From assembly GCA_963704165.1 (NCBI GenBank), contig CAVPHD010000006.1:5497-69496 (forward strand): 64,000 nucleotides of DNA, in the 5' to 3' direction. The notes beneath the pieces were generated by a model. That model worked only from the letters and a program-made list of their open reading frames with translations. It had not been told where the DNA came from and searched no databases. The DNA comes from an uncultured delta proteobacterium. Its GTDB lineage: Bacteria > Myxococcota_A > UBA9160 > SZUA-336. Both the position numbers and the translations under genes were made by a program. Positions 38,352 through 47,781 of the stretch are shown piece by piece. How positions within the stretch are numbered: the first letter of the stretch is position 1; each line of letters opens with the position of its first letter.

Positions 38352-39931
38352 CGCGGAGCCGCTCGAGCGCGCGCAGCGCGCGCTCGTCGCCGGGCAGGAG
38401 CGCGAGGTGTACGCGGTACTCCGCGATCGCGTCGTCTCTCCGGCCGGCCTGCTCGAGGGCGGACGCGAGGTAGAGATGGCGTTCGCCGTTGCCCCCGGTC
38501 GAGGGATCGATTCCCAACGCGAGCGTCAAGTGGTGGGCGGCTTCCTCCGCGCGGCCGACGCGAAGCAGCACGAAGCCGTAGTTCGCCTGCGCCCGCTCCC
38601 AGTTCGGCGCGATCGAGACCGCGCTCGCCAGCCGCGCGAGCGCCTCCACGTCGCGCCCGCGCGCGGCCAGCTCGATTCCCGCTTCGGTGTCGGCGAACCA
38701 GTTTCGCTCGGTGACGTCCACCGCGCGCTGCCAGAGCACGAGGTCGTCGATCCAGAAGGCCAGCTGCGCGCGGCTGGTCGCGGCGAACGCGACCAGCGCG
38801 GCGCAGACGGCGAGCCGTCGCGACGCGGAGAGCCAGCCTCGTGCCCGGCACCGCGAAGACCAGCGCGAGCCAGACACCGATCTGTGGCAGGTAGGTGTAG
38901 CGGTCGGCGGTCGATTGGAAGCCGACTTGCACGACGCCGAGCGTCGGCGCGAGCCCGATCGCGAAGAACGCCAGCCCCGAAGCGATGAACGGCATGCGCC
39001 TGCGGAGCGCGAACGCGATCGCCGCGAGCGCCAGGACCGACGCGCCCGAGGCGATCACCGTGCCGAGCGGCCAGGTTCCCGGGTGCGGGTACAGCACCGC
39101 GAGATCGCTCGGCCAGAGCGCGCGGCCGAGCTGGCTCGCGAGGCCGACGAGCGCGTTCGAGATCCGGTCGATGAGCCCGAGGTCGGGCGAGATCGCGCCG
39201 ACCTGCGCGCGGAGCGTGACGAGCGAGGAGCCGAGCGCGAGCGCTGCGTACGGGAGCTTCTCGATGATGCGCAGGCCCCGACGCAGCGGCCAGAAGTCGA
39301 AGACGAAGAGCATCAACGGCAACGACACGAGCATCGGCTTCGCGAGCAGCCCGAGCGCCATGCAGGCGAGCGAGATCCCGTAGGCCGCGAACGAGCGGCT
39401 CCGGGCGAAGCGCGTCCACGCCAGCAGCGAGAGCAGCGTGAAGCCCGCGCAGAGCAGGTCCTTGCGTTCGGCGATCCAGGCCACCGACTCGACGCGCTGC
39501 GGGTGCAGTGCGAAGAGCGCGGCGATCGCCGCACTCCGGCCGGTCGAGCCGGTGAGTCCCGCGAGCCAGAGGAAGACCAGACACGCGTTCAGCGCGTGAA
39601 GAAGCGCGTTCTCGACGTGCGGTCCCGATGCGCCCGTCCCGAAGACCTCGACGTCCACCATGTGCGAGAGCCAGGTCAGCGGATGCCAGTTGCTGGCGTG
39701 AAAGCTCGTGAACGCCCAGCGCACGCTCGCGACGGTGAGGCCCGCCTGGACCTCGGGGTTCTCGGTCACGTACTGCTCGTCGTCGTAGAACAGGAACGGA
39801 AGACCGCGAACCGGGGCGTAGACGACGAGCGTCGCGGCGACGAGCGCGGCACAGACAACGATCGAACCCGCCCGGCGGCTCAAAGCGCGCCCCTCCCCGC
39901 AGAGACGGCAGTCTACAACGCGGGCTATCAT
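38335..39931 (-). pseudogene. TMTC/PMT-like membrane glycosyltransferase (DUF1736 region) with C-terminal TPR repeats; one frame disruption near 38850
   Basis: ATG 39931. Polytopic N-terminus with NWHPLTWLSHM and LHPQRVESVAWIAERKDLL. The C-terminal TPR part (track ORF 38335..38877: ...NWERAQANYGFVLLRVGRAEEAAHHLTLAL...) is in another frame. Confidence 0.7.
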
Positions 39932-39959
39932 CCGCCGACTCGAGCCGAGGAGATCTGCG

Positions 39960-40805
39960 ATGCGCTGGAAGATCGGAAACGTGACGATCACGCGGGTGGT
40001 CGAGGTGGAGATGCCGACGTCCGGCGACTTCGTGCTGCCGGACGCCAGCCCGGCGAACGTCGCGAAGATCCCCTGGCTTGCGCCGCACTTCGTGACCCCC
40101 GACGGGATGCTCCGGCTCAGCATCCACGCGCTCGTCGTCGAATCGCAGGGCCGGAAGATCCTGGTCGATACGTGCCTCGGCAACGACAAGAAGCGCGCGA
40201 TCCCGGACTGGAACATGCGCACCGGTCCGTTCCTGAAGCAGCTCAGCGACGCGGGCGCCGCGCGGGAATCGGTGGACACGGTGGTCTGCACGCACCTGCA
40301 CGTCGATCACGTCGGCTGGAACACGATGCTCGTGAAGGGCGAGTGGCTTCCGACCTTCCCCAACGCCCGATACCTGATCGGCCGCAAGGAATGGGAATAC
40401 TGGAAGGGCGAGCCCGAGAGCCCGGACATGCCGATCATGAGCGACTCGGTGAAACCGATTCTCGACGCGGGGCTCGCGGATCTGGTCGATGCGGACCACA
40501 AGCTGACGAGCGAGGTCTGGCTCGAACCCACGCACGGCCATACACCGGGACACGTCAGCGTGCGCATCTCGTCGGGCGGCGCGGATGCGGTGATCACGGG
40601 CGACATGATCCATCACCCGTCGCAGTTCGCGAAGCCGGAGTGGGCGTCGAGCTTCGACTGGAACTCGGGGGTGAGCACGGCGACGCGGAAGTCGTCCTTC
40701 AAGCGCTGGGCCGAGGCCGGGTATCTCGTGATCGGCACGCACTTCGCCACGCCAACCGCCGGCAAGATCGTCCGCGACGGCGACGCCTGGCGCTTCGACG
40801 TCTAG
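39960..40805 (+). CDS. MBL-fold metallo-hydrolase
   Basis: 281 aa. THLHVDHVGW (HxHxDH), downstream HGHTPGH, GDMIHH. Confidence 0.88.
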   Translation: MRWKIGNVTITRVVEVEMPTSGDFVLPDASPANVAKIPWLAPHFVTPDGMLRLSIHALVVESQGRKILVDTCLGNDKKRAIPDWNMRTGPFLKQLSDAGAARESVDTVVCTHLHVDHVGWNTMLVKGEWLPTFPNARYLIGRKEWEYWKGEPESPDMPIMSDSVKPILDAGLADLVDADHKLTSEVWLEPTHGHTPGHVSVRISSGGADAVITGDMIHHPSQFAKPEWASSFDWNSGVSTATRKSSFKRWAEAGYLVIGTHFATPTAGKIVRDGDAWRFDV

Positions 40806-40815
40806 CGGGGAACCG

Positions 40816-41724
40816 ATGAGCGAAGAGGTCACGAGCTTCCCGGGCGCGCGCCGCCCGGATCGAACCCGCCGCGTGGACGCGCACGGCGTCGGCATCGCCG
40901 TCTACGAGTGGGGCAAGCCCGAGGCCAGACCGCTGCTGCTCGCGCACGGCGGGTTCGACTTCGCGGGCACCTTCGACGGCTTCGCCCCGCTGCTCGCCGA
41001 CGGTGGATTTCGCGTCGTGTCCTGGGATCACCGCGGACACGGGGACTCCGATCACGCCGCGCTCTACTCCTGGCAGGCGGACCTGCGCGACGCGCTCGTG
41101 GTGATGGACTCGATCGGTCACGAACCGATGCCGATCGTCGGTCACTCGAAGGGCGGCGGGGTCTGCATGCAGCTCACCGAGGCGCGGCCGCACCGGGTCG
41201 AGCGCTTCGTGAACCTGGACGGCATGCCCGGCAAGTCGCGGCACCCCGACGTCGCCGATCGCGAGCGCACCAAGCTGCTCGACAGCGAGCTCTCGAACTG
41301 GCTCGACTGGCGCAAGCGCGCCGGCACGCTCGCGCGCAAACCCGGCACGATCGACGAGCTGGCCACGCGCCGCGGCCGCATGAACCCGAGGCTCTCGCGC
41401 GATTGGCTGCGCTACCTGGTGCCGATCGGTGCGCGCCGCGACGCGGACGGCTGGCGCTGGAAGATCGACCCGTCGATGCGCTTCGGCGGCTTCGGCCCGT
41501 GGCGACCCGACTGGTCGCTCGAGCGCATGCGCGGATTCCCCGTGCCGCTGCTCGCGATCCTCGGCTCGATCGAGGAGGAAATGGGCTGGGGAACGACGGC
41601 TGCCTTCCTCGAGCCCTACATGCCGCGCGACACGCGCATCGTCACGCTCGAGGACTCCGGTCACTTCGTGCACATCGAGCACCCCCGCCGCGTCGCGGAC
41701 CTGGTTCTGGAGTTCCTCGCGTGA
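40816..41724 (+). CDS. alpha/beta hydrolase
   Basis: 302 aa. LLLAHGGFDFAGTF, nucleophile GHSKGGG, C-terminal SGHFVHIEHP. Confidence 0.88.
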   Translation: MSEEVTSFPGARRPDRTRRVDAHGVGIAVYEWGKPEARPLLLAHGGFDFAGTFDGFAPLLADGGFRVVSWDHRGHGDSDHAALYSWQADLRDALVVMDSIGHEPMPIVGHSKGGGVCMQLTEARPHRVERFVNLDGMPGKSRHPDVADRERTKLLDSELSNWLDWRKRAGTLARKPGTIDELATRRGRMNPRLSRDWLRYLVPIGARRDADGWRWKIDPSMRFGGFGPWRPDWSLERMRGFPVPLLAILGSIEEEMGWGTTAAFLEPYMPRDTRIVTLEDSGHFVHIEHPRRVADLVLEFLA

Positions 41725-42377
41725 GCGCAAATCCCGTGCTCCTCCGACACAACCTCGTCGATCTGGCGCTGCACACGCTTCGCTCCGGCGACGGCGCGGC
41801 GCTTCTGCTCCTGCACGGGCTCGGCGAGCGCTCGCCCACGCGCATTCCGCCGGAGTTCGAGTCCTGGCCGGGACCGGTCTTCGCGCTCGACTTCACCGGT
41901 CACGGCGACTCGAGCATCCCGCACGGCGGGGGCTACACGAGCGAGATCCTGATGGGCGACGTCGACGCCGCGCTCGCGCAGATCGGCGCTTCGACGCTGG
42001 CCGGGCGCGGACTCGGCGCCTACATCGCACTCCTGTCCGCGGGCGCGCGGCCCCGGCTCGTGCGCGGTGCGATCCTGCTCGACGGACCCGGGCTCGCGGG
42101 CGGAAGCGCGCGGCCCGGCACGCCGCTCGTGCCGATGCCCGATCCCGGCGCCGTCGCCCCGCCCGATCCGTTCGCGCTCGTCGAGCTCGCGACCGACGTG
42201 CGTCCGCCCGACTACGCGACCTCGTTCGTGCGCCAGGCCACGCACCTGTCCGGGCTCGAGCGGCCGATCAGCGTCTGCACGCTCGAGCGCCCGGACTGGC
42301 TGCGCGCCGTGGTCGACGAGCCCGGCGTCGAGACGACCGATCTCGACGAGGCGCTCACCATCTACGCTTCGCGCTGA
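41721..42377 (+). CDS. alpha/beta-hydrolase-fold protein lacking the nucleophile serine
   Basis: GTG 41721 overlaps the upstream stop (GTGA). LLLLHGLGERS...FTGHGDS. The nucleophile elbow reads AGRGLGAY (Gly in place of Ser). 218 aa. Confidence 0.7.
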   Translation: MSANPVLLRHNLVDLALHTLRSGDGAALLLLHGLGERSPTRIPPEFESWPGPVFALDFTGHGDSSIPHGGGYTSEILMGDVDAALAQIGASTLAGRGLGAYIALLSAGARPRLVRGAILLDGPGLAGGSARPGTPLVPMPDPGAVAPPDPFALVELATDVRPPDYATSFVRQATHLSGLERPISVCTLERPDWLRAVVDEPGVETTDLDEALTIYASR

Positions 42378-42417
42378 GCCGCGCCCCGTCCGAGATCCCG
42401 CGAATCCGAAGTCCGCG

Positions 42418-43599
42418 CTAGTAGATCTCGAAGAGCCCCGCGGCACCTTGCCCGCCGCCGATGCACATCGTGACGACGCCCCACTTGGCCTTGCGGCGCT
42501 TGCCTTCGAGCAGCAGGTGACCGACGCAGCGCGCGCCCGTCATGCCGAAGGGATGGCCGACCGAGATCGAGCCGCCGTTCACGTTGTACTTCGACGGGTC
42601 GATGCCGAGCGTGTCGCGGCAGTAGAGGCACTGGCTCGCGAACGCCTCGTTGAGCTCCCAGAGATCGATGTCGTCGATCGAAAGGCCCGCGCGTTTGAGC
42701 AGCTTGGGAACCGCGTAGATCGGACCGATGCCCATCTCGTCGGGCTCGCAGCCGGCCGCCGCGAATCCGCGGAACGCGCCGAGCGGCTCGATGCCACGCC
42801 GCTTCGCCTCGCCGACCTCCATCAGAACGACCGAGGCCGCGCCGTCGGAAAGCTGCGACGCGTTGCCGGCCGTGATGAACTGACCCTCACCGCGGACCGG
42901 CTTCAGGCTCGCGAGACCCGCGAGCGTCGTGTCTGGACGATTGCACTCGTCCTTCGTCACCGTGTAGTCGACCTCGGACGTCTCACCGGTCTCCTTGTTC
43001 GTGACGACCATCCGCGTCTTCATCGGGACGATCTCGTGGTCGTACAGCCCGGCATTCTGCGCGGCCGCCGTGCGCTTCTGACTCTCGAGCGAGTACTGGT
43101 CCTGGTACTCGCGGCTCACCTTGTAACGCTCGGCGACGATGTCGGCGGTCTCGATCATCGGCATCCAGAGGCCCGGGTACTGCGCGGCGAGCGGCTTGTC
43201 GACCTGGAGCGTGAAGCCCTTGCCGGTCTGGCTGTGGGTGATCGACTCGACGCCCGCGCCGACGACGATCTGCTCGCCGTCGACGATGATGCGACCGGCG
43301 GCGGTCGCAATCGCGTTCAGGCCCGAGGAGCAGTGGCGACTCACCGTCACCCCCGTCGTCGTCACCGGGCAGCCCGCCTTGATCGCCGCGAGGCGCCCGA
43401 TGTTGTTGCCCGTCGTGCCCTGCGGCGTGCCGCAGCCGAGGACGACCTCGTCCACCTCGGCGGGATCGATGCCCGCGCGCTCGATCGAATGGCGGATCGC
43501 GTGGCCCGCCATGGCGACTCCGCCGGTGTTGTTGAATCCGCCGCGGTGGGACTTGGCGAGTCCGGTCCGCGCGGTCGAGACGATGACGGCTTCACGCAT
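42418..43599 (-). CDS. acetyl-CoA C-acyltransferase (thiolase)
   Basis: 393 aa, [21 protein letters not shown] (active Cys), [26 protein letters not shown]. Confidence 0.92.
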   Translation of the reverse strand: MREAVIVSTARTGLAKSHRGGFNNTGGVAMAGHAIRHSIERAGIDPAEVDEVVLGCGTPQGTTGNNIGRLAAIKAGCPVTTTGVTVSRHCSSGLNAIATAAGRIIVDGEQIVVGAGVESITHSQTGKGFTLQVDKPLAAQYPGLWMPMIETADIVAERYKVSREYQDQYSLESQKRTAAAQNAGLYDHEIVPMKTRMVVTNKETGETSEVDYTVTKDECNRPDTTLAGLASLKPVRGEGQFITAGNASQLSDGAASVVLMEVGEAKRRGIEPLGAFRGFAAAGCEPDEMGIGPIYAVPKLLKRAGLSIDDIDLWELNEAFASQCLYCRDTLGIDPSKYNVNGGSISVGHPFGMTGARCVGHLLLEGKRRKAKWGVVTMCIGGGQGAAGLFEIY

Positions 43600-44050
43600 T
43601 TTCGTTTCCTCCTGGATCGAGAACGACGACCGGGATCACGCGCGCGGCTGCGCGCTTCTGGTAGTCGGCATACGGTGGGTAGAGTTCGACCATCCGCTTC
43701 CAGATCTGCGCGCGCTCGTCGCCTTCCGCGACGCGCGCTCGAGCCCGGAGCTTCCTGGCGCCGACCTGCAGCTCGCACTCGGGCTTCGCCTCGAGATTGC
43801 GGAACCAGATCGGGTGATCGGGCATGCCGCCCTTCGACGCGATCACGACGTAGCTCTCGCCGTGGCGGCCGTAGATCAGCGGCAACGCGCGCGGCTGACC
43901 GGAGCTGCGTCCGGTCGTCGTCAGCAGCAAGGTCGGAAGCAGGCCGGGTCCGCCGAGCGCGGACGAGTCCCACATGTGCGCCTTCTCGGGGTCGCTGCGG
44001 TAGAGCGCGATGTGTTCCGCGATCCAGGGAATCGCACTGAAATCGGCCAT
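43592..44050 (-). CDS. deazaflavin(F420)-dependent nitroreductase family protein (DDN/DUF385-like split barrel)
   Basis: 152 aa from ATG 44050 (GGAGG RBS). LLLTTTGRSSGQPRALPLIYGRHGESYVVIASKGGMPDHPIWFRNLEAKPECELQVG...RVIPVVVLDP. Confidence 0.8.
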   Translation of the reverse strand: MADFSAIPWIAEHIALYRSDPEKAHMWDSSALGGPGLLPTLLLTTTGRSSGQPRALPLIYGRHGESYVVIASKGGMPDHPIWFRNLEAKPECELQVGARKLRARARVAEGDERAQIWKRMVELYPPYADYQKRAAARVIPVVVLDPGGNENA

Positions 44051-44118
44051 GAATCCTCCGCTGGGGGGCCGAGTATGTGTCATCGTTCCGGCCGATGCAC
44101 ATCCTCGAAGAGGGGGCG

Positions 44119-44595
44119 ATGGACCGGCTGCAGCGAATCATGATCGGGCACGGCCTGCTGGTCATTCTCGTGGCGATGTTGGCCGGCTTCATGCTGATGT
44201 TCTCGCTGCTCGGCGGGTTCGAGATCTGGCCCGGTCGCTTCCTGCCGTTTCGCGTCTACGGGACGCCCGAGGGTTGGATTCGCGCGCACTCCGGCGGCAC
44301 CATGAATGGCCTGTTGGTGATCGTCGTCGCGCTCGCCTTGCCGAAGCTGAACCTCGGAACGCGGATGCAGAAGTTCACCGCATATGGATTCGCCTACGTC
44401 GCGTGGTCGTTCACGGTCTTCTACTGGTTCGGAAACGCCGCTGCCAACCGCGGGCTCAGCGTCGGAGACAACACCTTCGGCGCGTCGGATTGGATCGGCG
44501 TCCTCGCGTTCCTGCCGGCCCTGCCGAGCGTCGTGATCGTCGTCGTGCTGCTGGCGATCGCCGCGACGGGTGTCGCTTCGGCACGTCGCGACTAG
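44119..44595 (+). CDS. styrene-oxide-isomerase (StyC)-like small integral membrane protein
   Basis: 158 aa from ATG 44119, four predicted TM helices. GHGLLVILVAMLAGFMLMFSLLGGFEIWPG, GTPEGWIRAHSGGTMNGLLVIVVALALP and FYWFGNAAANRGLSVG resemble my recollection of Pseudomonas StyC (GHGILMIF...LVGGFEIIPG, GSPEGWARAHSGPALNG, NRGL). Confidence 0.6.
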   Translation: MDRLQRIMIGHGLLVILVAMLAGFMLMFSLLGGFEIWPGRFLPFRVYGTPEGWIRAHSGGTMNGLLVIVVALALPKLNLGTRMQKFTAYGFAYVAWSFTVFYWFGNAAANRGLSVGDNTFGASDWIGVLAFLPALPSVVIVVVLLAIAATGVASARRD

Positions 44596-44993
44596 CGCGG
44601 GTCGAGCCGGACGGAGAGCGGGTCGCTGCGCTGGACGAGGCCGTACCACCCATCGACCCAGCCGTACTTCGCGGCAAACGCGCGCTCGACCGCGCGAAGC
44701 TGCGCGTCGTCGCGGACGATCACGGCCGTACACCGGACGGTGACGCCCGCGCGCGTGAGTTCGACTTCGGGGTTCGCCCGAAGCTCCGCACCCAAGCTCC
44801 GAACCGAGCGCGCGATGCGCACGTACGGGCGACCATCGACGTCGACGATCCAGAGCTTCGTTTCGTGCGGGCGCCCGGCGTCGTCGAAGCTGCGCAGCTC
44901 CGCGACCTCCGTTCGCTCACCCGCGAGCCAGGCGCCGAGTGCGATCAGGAACAGGCCCGAGAGCGAGATCGACGCGATCCTGCGGAGACTCAC
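44592..44993 (-). CDS. membrane-anchored hypothetical protein, split-barrel (DUF385/PNPOx-like) domain suspected
   Basis: 133 aa, GTG start, N-terminal TM (IASISLSGLFLIALGAWLAG). Then HETKLWIVDVDGRPYVRIARS...LRANPEVELTRAGV...AKYGW. Confidence 0.55.
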   Translation of the reverse strand: MSLRRIASISLSGLFLIALGAWLAGERTEVAELRSFDDAGRPHETKLWIVDVDGRPYVRIARSVRSLGAELRANPEVELTRAGVTVRCTAVIVRDDAQLRAVERAFAAKYGWVDGWYGLVQRSDPLSVRLDPR

Positions 44994-45029
44994 CCCGCCA
45001 ACTTGACTTCGCCGACGCTCCCGTAGAAG

Positions 45030-45044
45030 GCAGCGAATCGCTGC
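45030..45044 (-). terminator. short hairpin gcagcg-aat-cgctgc 7 nt downstream of crcB
   Basis: Perfect 6-bp stem read directly, followed on the minus strand by CUUCUAC. Weak. Confidence 0.3.
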
Positions 45045-45050
45045 ACCGGA

Positions 45051-45440
45051 TCAGCCGCCCAGGAGCCACCGGGCGACGACCTGACCGACGAGACACGCGA
45101 CCAGACAGCCGACCAACGTCGCAGCGGCGTAGCCGGTACCCAGAACCCACGCGCCGTCCTGCAAGAGGGCGAGCGTCTCGACGCTGAACGCCGAGTAGGT
45201 CGTGAAGCCACCGAGGAATCCCGCACCCAGCGCGATCCGAAGCCCGGGCGGAACCGCGTCGGTCTCGAGCGAGACGACGACGAGCGCGGCCAGAAGCGCG
45301 GATCCGAGCAGGTTCACCGCCAGCGTCCCGAGCGGGAGCGCGGTCGGGAAGCGCTCGAGCAGGAACGATCCGATCCAGTAGCGCAGGCCCGAGCCGAGTC
45401 CGCCCGCGAGAAACACCCACCCGAACGTCGTCGTGCTCAT
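45051..45440 (-). CDS. crcB: fluoride channel CrcB/FluC
   Basis: 129 aa from ATG 45440, the C-terminal part of track ORF 45051..46916. GGLGSGLRYW, GTLAVNLLGS, GFLGGFTTYSAFS. Confidence 0.88.
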   Translation of the reverse strand: MSTTTFGWVFLAGGLGSGLRYWIGSFLLERFPTALPLGTLAVNLLGSALLAALVVVSLETDAVPPGLRIALGAGFLGGFTTYSAFSVETLALLQDGAWVLGTGYAAATLVGCLVACLVGQVVARWLLGG

Positions 45441-45500
45441 CGCGCGAGCATACCCCTGCGGCCCGGGAGTCCGCCGCACGCAAAGTGCTAGGCTGCGCCG

Positions 45501-46925
45501 GTGCAGGACGTCAGCGAACTCGAGCCCGGGACGGAAGCGAAGCTCGAGCGCCAGAGCCTGATCGGGTTCTTTCGCGACCGCGATCACACCCGCGGCAACC
45601 TGCTCGTCTCGACGCTCGTGCTCGCGCTGCCGTCGATCCTGACGATGACGTTCTCGTTCGGCGTGTTCCAGGTGATCGAGCTCTCGTTTCTCGGCCGCCT
45701 CGGTGATCACGCGCTCGCCGCCGCGGGCTCGAGCGATCAGGTCCTGCGCCAGGGACTCATGCTCCTGGTGATGGGCATGACGGTCGCGTCGCAGATGATG
45801 ATCTCGCGGCTCGTCGGCGCCGGGCAGGTCGAGGGCGCCGAGCACGTCGCAGGCCAGACCTTCCTGCTCGGAGCCGGTCTGGCGCTGATCGCCGCGCTGA
45901 CGGGCGGGCTCTTTCCCGAAGCGCTCGTGCGCCTGATCACGAGCGACGCCGAGGTGATCGCGCTCGCGACGGTCTACGTGCGGATCGTCTTCCTCAGCTT
46001 CTTCGTGATGGTCGCGAGCCAGATCTTCTCGACCGTGCTGAACGGCGCGGGCGATTCGACGACGCCGATGCTGACCTCCTTCGTCGTGACGCCGGTCTCG
46101 ATCTTCTCGCAGTGGGCGCTCACCTTCGGCCACGCGGGCTTCTCGCCGATCGGGATCGCGGGAATTCCGCTCGGTGCGGCGATCGGCGGCGCGTGCGGCG
46201 CGGCCGTCTCGCTCTACATGCTCTTCAGCGGCCGCTGTCGCGTGCACTTGCGCGCGCGCCACGTCGTTCCGGACTTCCCGCTGCTCGGCCGGATTCTCGC
46301 CACCAGCTTGATGCCCGCGGCCCACATGCTCGCGCGCTCGCTGATCGTGATGTTCTTCATGATCATGGCGGGCCGGCTCGGAGGAAAGGTGCAGGCCGCG
46401 TACACCGTCGGACTCCGGCTCGAGATGCTCGCGATCATGCTCGCCTTCCCGATCGCGAACGCGTGCGCGACGCTGGTCGGCCAGAACCTGGGCGCGAAGA
46501 ACCTGCGCCGCGCCTGGGGCGCGGTCTGGGCGAGCTCCCTCGTCGAGCTCGCCGCGCTCTGGCCGCTCGCGCTCGGCATCTTCCTGTTCCGGCACGCGCT
46601 CGTCGCTCTCTTCGTCGACGACGCCGAGGTCGCCGCGATGTCCGAAGAGTATCTCGCCTACTCCGCCGGGGTCCTCGCCTTCTACGGTCTGTACTTCGTC
46701 GCGTTTCGCACGCTTCAGGCCGCGGGCGACATGCTCTCGCCGATGCTCATCTCCGTCTCGACGGCGGTCTTCGTCGGCGCGCCGCTCGGCTGGTATCTGG
46801 CCACGCGCACCGATCTGGGCGCGACGGGGATGTGGATCGCGAACGTGGCGTATGCACTGGTGAACGCCGGCATGATGATCGGCTGGCTGCTCACCGGACG
46901 TTGGGCGCGCAGACACGCGACGTGA
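45501..46925 (+). CDS. MATE family efflux transporter
   Basis: 474 aa, about 12 TM helices, internal two-fold repeat. Typical MATE N-terminus ...LLVSTLVLALPSILTMTFS. Confidence 0.88.
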   Translation: MQDVSELEPGTEAKLERQSLIGFFRDRDHTRGNLLVSTLVLALPSILTMTFSFGVFQVIELSFLGRLGDHALAAAGSSDQVLRQGLMLLVMGMTVASQMMISRLVGAGQVEGAEHVAGQTFLLGAGLALIAALTGGLFPEALVRLITSDAEVIALATVYVRIVFLSFFVMVASQIFSTVLNGAGDSTTPMLTSFVVTPVSIFSQWALTFGHAGFSPIGIAGIPLGAAIGGACGAAVSLYMLFSGRCRVHLRARHVVPDFPLLGRILATSLMPAAHMLARSLIVMFFMIMAGRLGGKVQAAYTVGLRLEMLAIMLAFPIANACATLVGQNLGAKNLRRAWGAVWASSLVELAALWPLALGIFLFRHALVALFVDDAEVAAMSEEYLAYSAGVLAFYGLYFVAFRTLQAAGDMLSPMLISVSTAVFVGAPLGWYLATRTDLGATGMWIANVAYALVNAGMMIGWLLTGRWARRHAT

Positions 46926-46989
46926 TCGGGCTCGTCGAAACGGGCGCTCATCCTGCGCGACGTCTCGCGATCCGGGCTAGACTTCGCGG

Positions 46990-47781
46990 ATGAACGACGA
47001 GACGTACTACAAGGATCACTGGGTCGAGATCGAGCCCGAACGGATCGAGGCCTACGAGCAGATGTTCGAATGGCGGCCGCAGAACGCGCCGCTGCTCGAG
47101 CCGGCCGGGCTCGCACCCGGACAGACGGTGATCGACTACGGCTGCGGACCCGGCGGGCTCGCGGTCGAGCTCGCGAGGCGCGTCGCCCCGACCGGGCACG
47201 TGCATGGCGTGGATCTGAACAAGCTCTTTCTCGAGCGTGCCCGCGCACGCGCAAAGCGCGACGGTGTGGAGCCGCTGATCGACTGGCATCACACCGACGG
47301 CGATCGCATCCCACTCGATTCGGGGCTGGCCGACCGGCTCGTGTGCAAGAACGTGATGGAGTACGTGCCCGACGTCGCCGCCACGCTCGCGGAGTTTCGC
47401 CGTGTCTTGAAGCCCGGCGGGCTCGCGCACGTGATCGACAGCGACTGGGGAATGCTGGTCGTGGAACCGATCGGCGCCGAGCGCATCGCGGAGCTCTTCG
47501 AGGCCGCGAAGCCCGCCTACAAGACGCCCCTGATCGGCCGCAAGCTCTGGGGCGCGATGCGCGGCGCCGGCTTCTCCGACGTGAAGGTGAAGATCCTCAC
47601 CAGCGCCGACACCAAGGGCTTCACCGCACCGATCGTCTTCAACATGATGTCGTACGCACGCGCCTCCGGTCGGCTCTCGAAGCCGGCGCTCGACGCGCTC
47701 ACGGCCGACCTGAAGACGTCCCTCTCGGACGGCACGTTCCTGCTGATCCTGCCGCAGTTCCTCGTCACGGGGATGGCGTGA
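46990..47781 (+). CDS. class I SAM-dependent methyltransferase
   Basis: 263 aa. Motif I VIDYGCGPGG; post-I HVHGVDLN; LKPGG. Confidence 0.85.
   Translation: MNDETYYKDHWVEIEPERIEAYEQMFEWRPQNAPLLEPAGLAPGQTVIDYGCGPGGLAVELARRVAPTGHVHGVDLNKLFLERARARAKRDGVEPLIDWHHTDGDRIPLDSGLADRLVCKNVMEYVPDVAATLAEFRRVLKPGGLAHVIDSDWGMLVVEPIGAERIAELFEAAKPAYKTPLIGRKLWGAMRGAGFSDVKVKILTSADTKGFTAPIVFNMMSYARASGRLSKPALDALTADLKTSLSDGTFLLILPQFLVTGMA

Noticed and set aside
38526-40895. ORFs 38526..40895 (-, 789 aa) and 38687..40819 (+, 710 aa).
   Set aside because: Shadows overlapping the TPR glycosyltransferase and the MBL hydrolase. No RBS, no motifs, Arg-rich.
45441-45500. Looked for a fluoride (crcB-motif) riboswitch upstream of crcB.
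   Set aside because: Only 60 nt separate crcB from the divergent MATE gene. I could not find the conserved GGCGATGG...CCGCC...CTGATGATGCC-type core, so none is called. A covariance-model scan (Rfam RF01734) would settle it.
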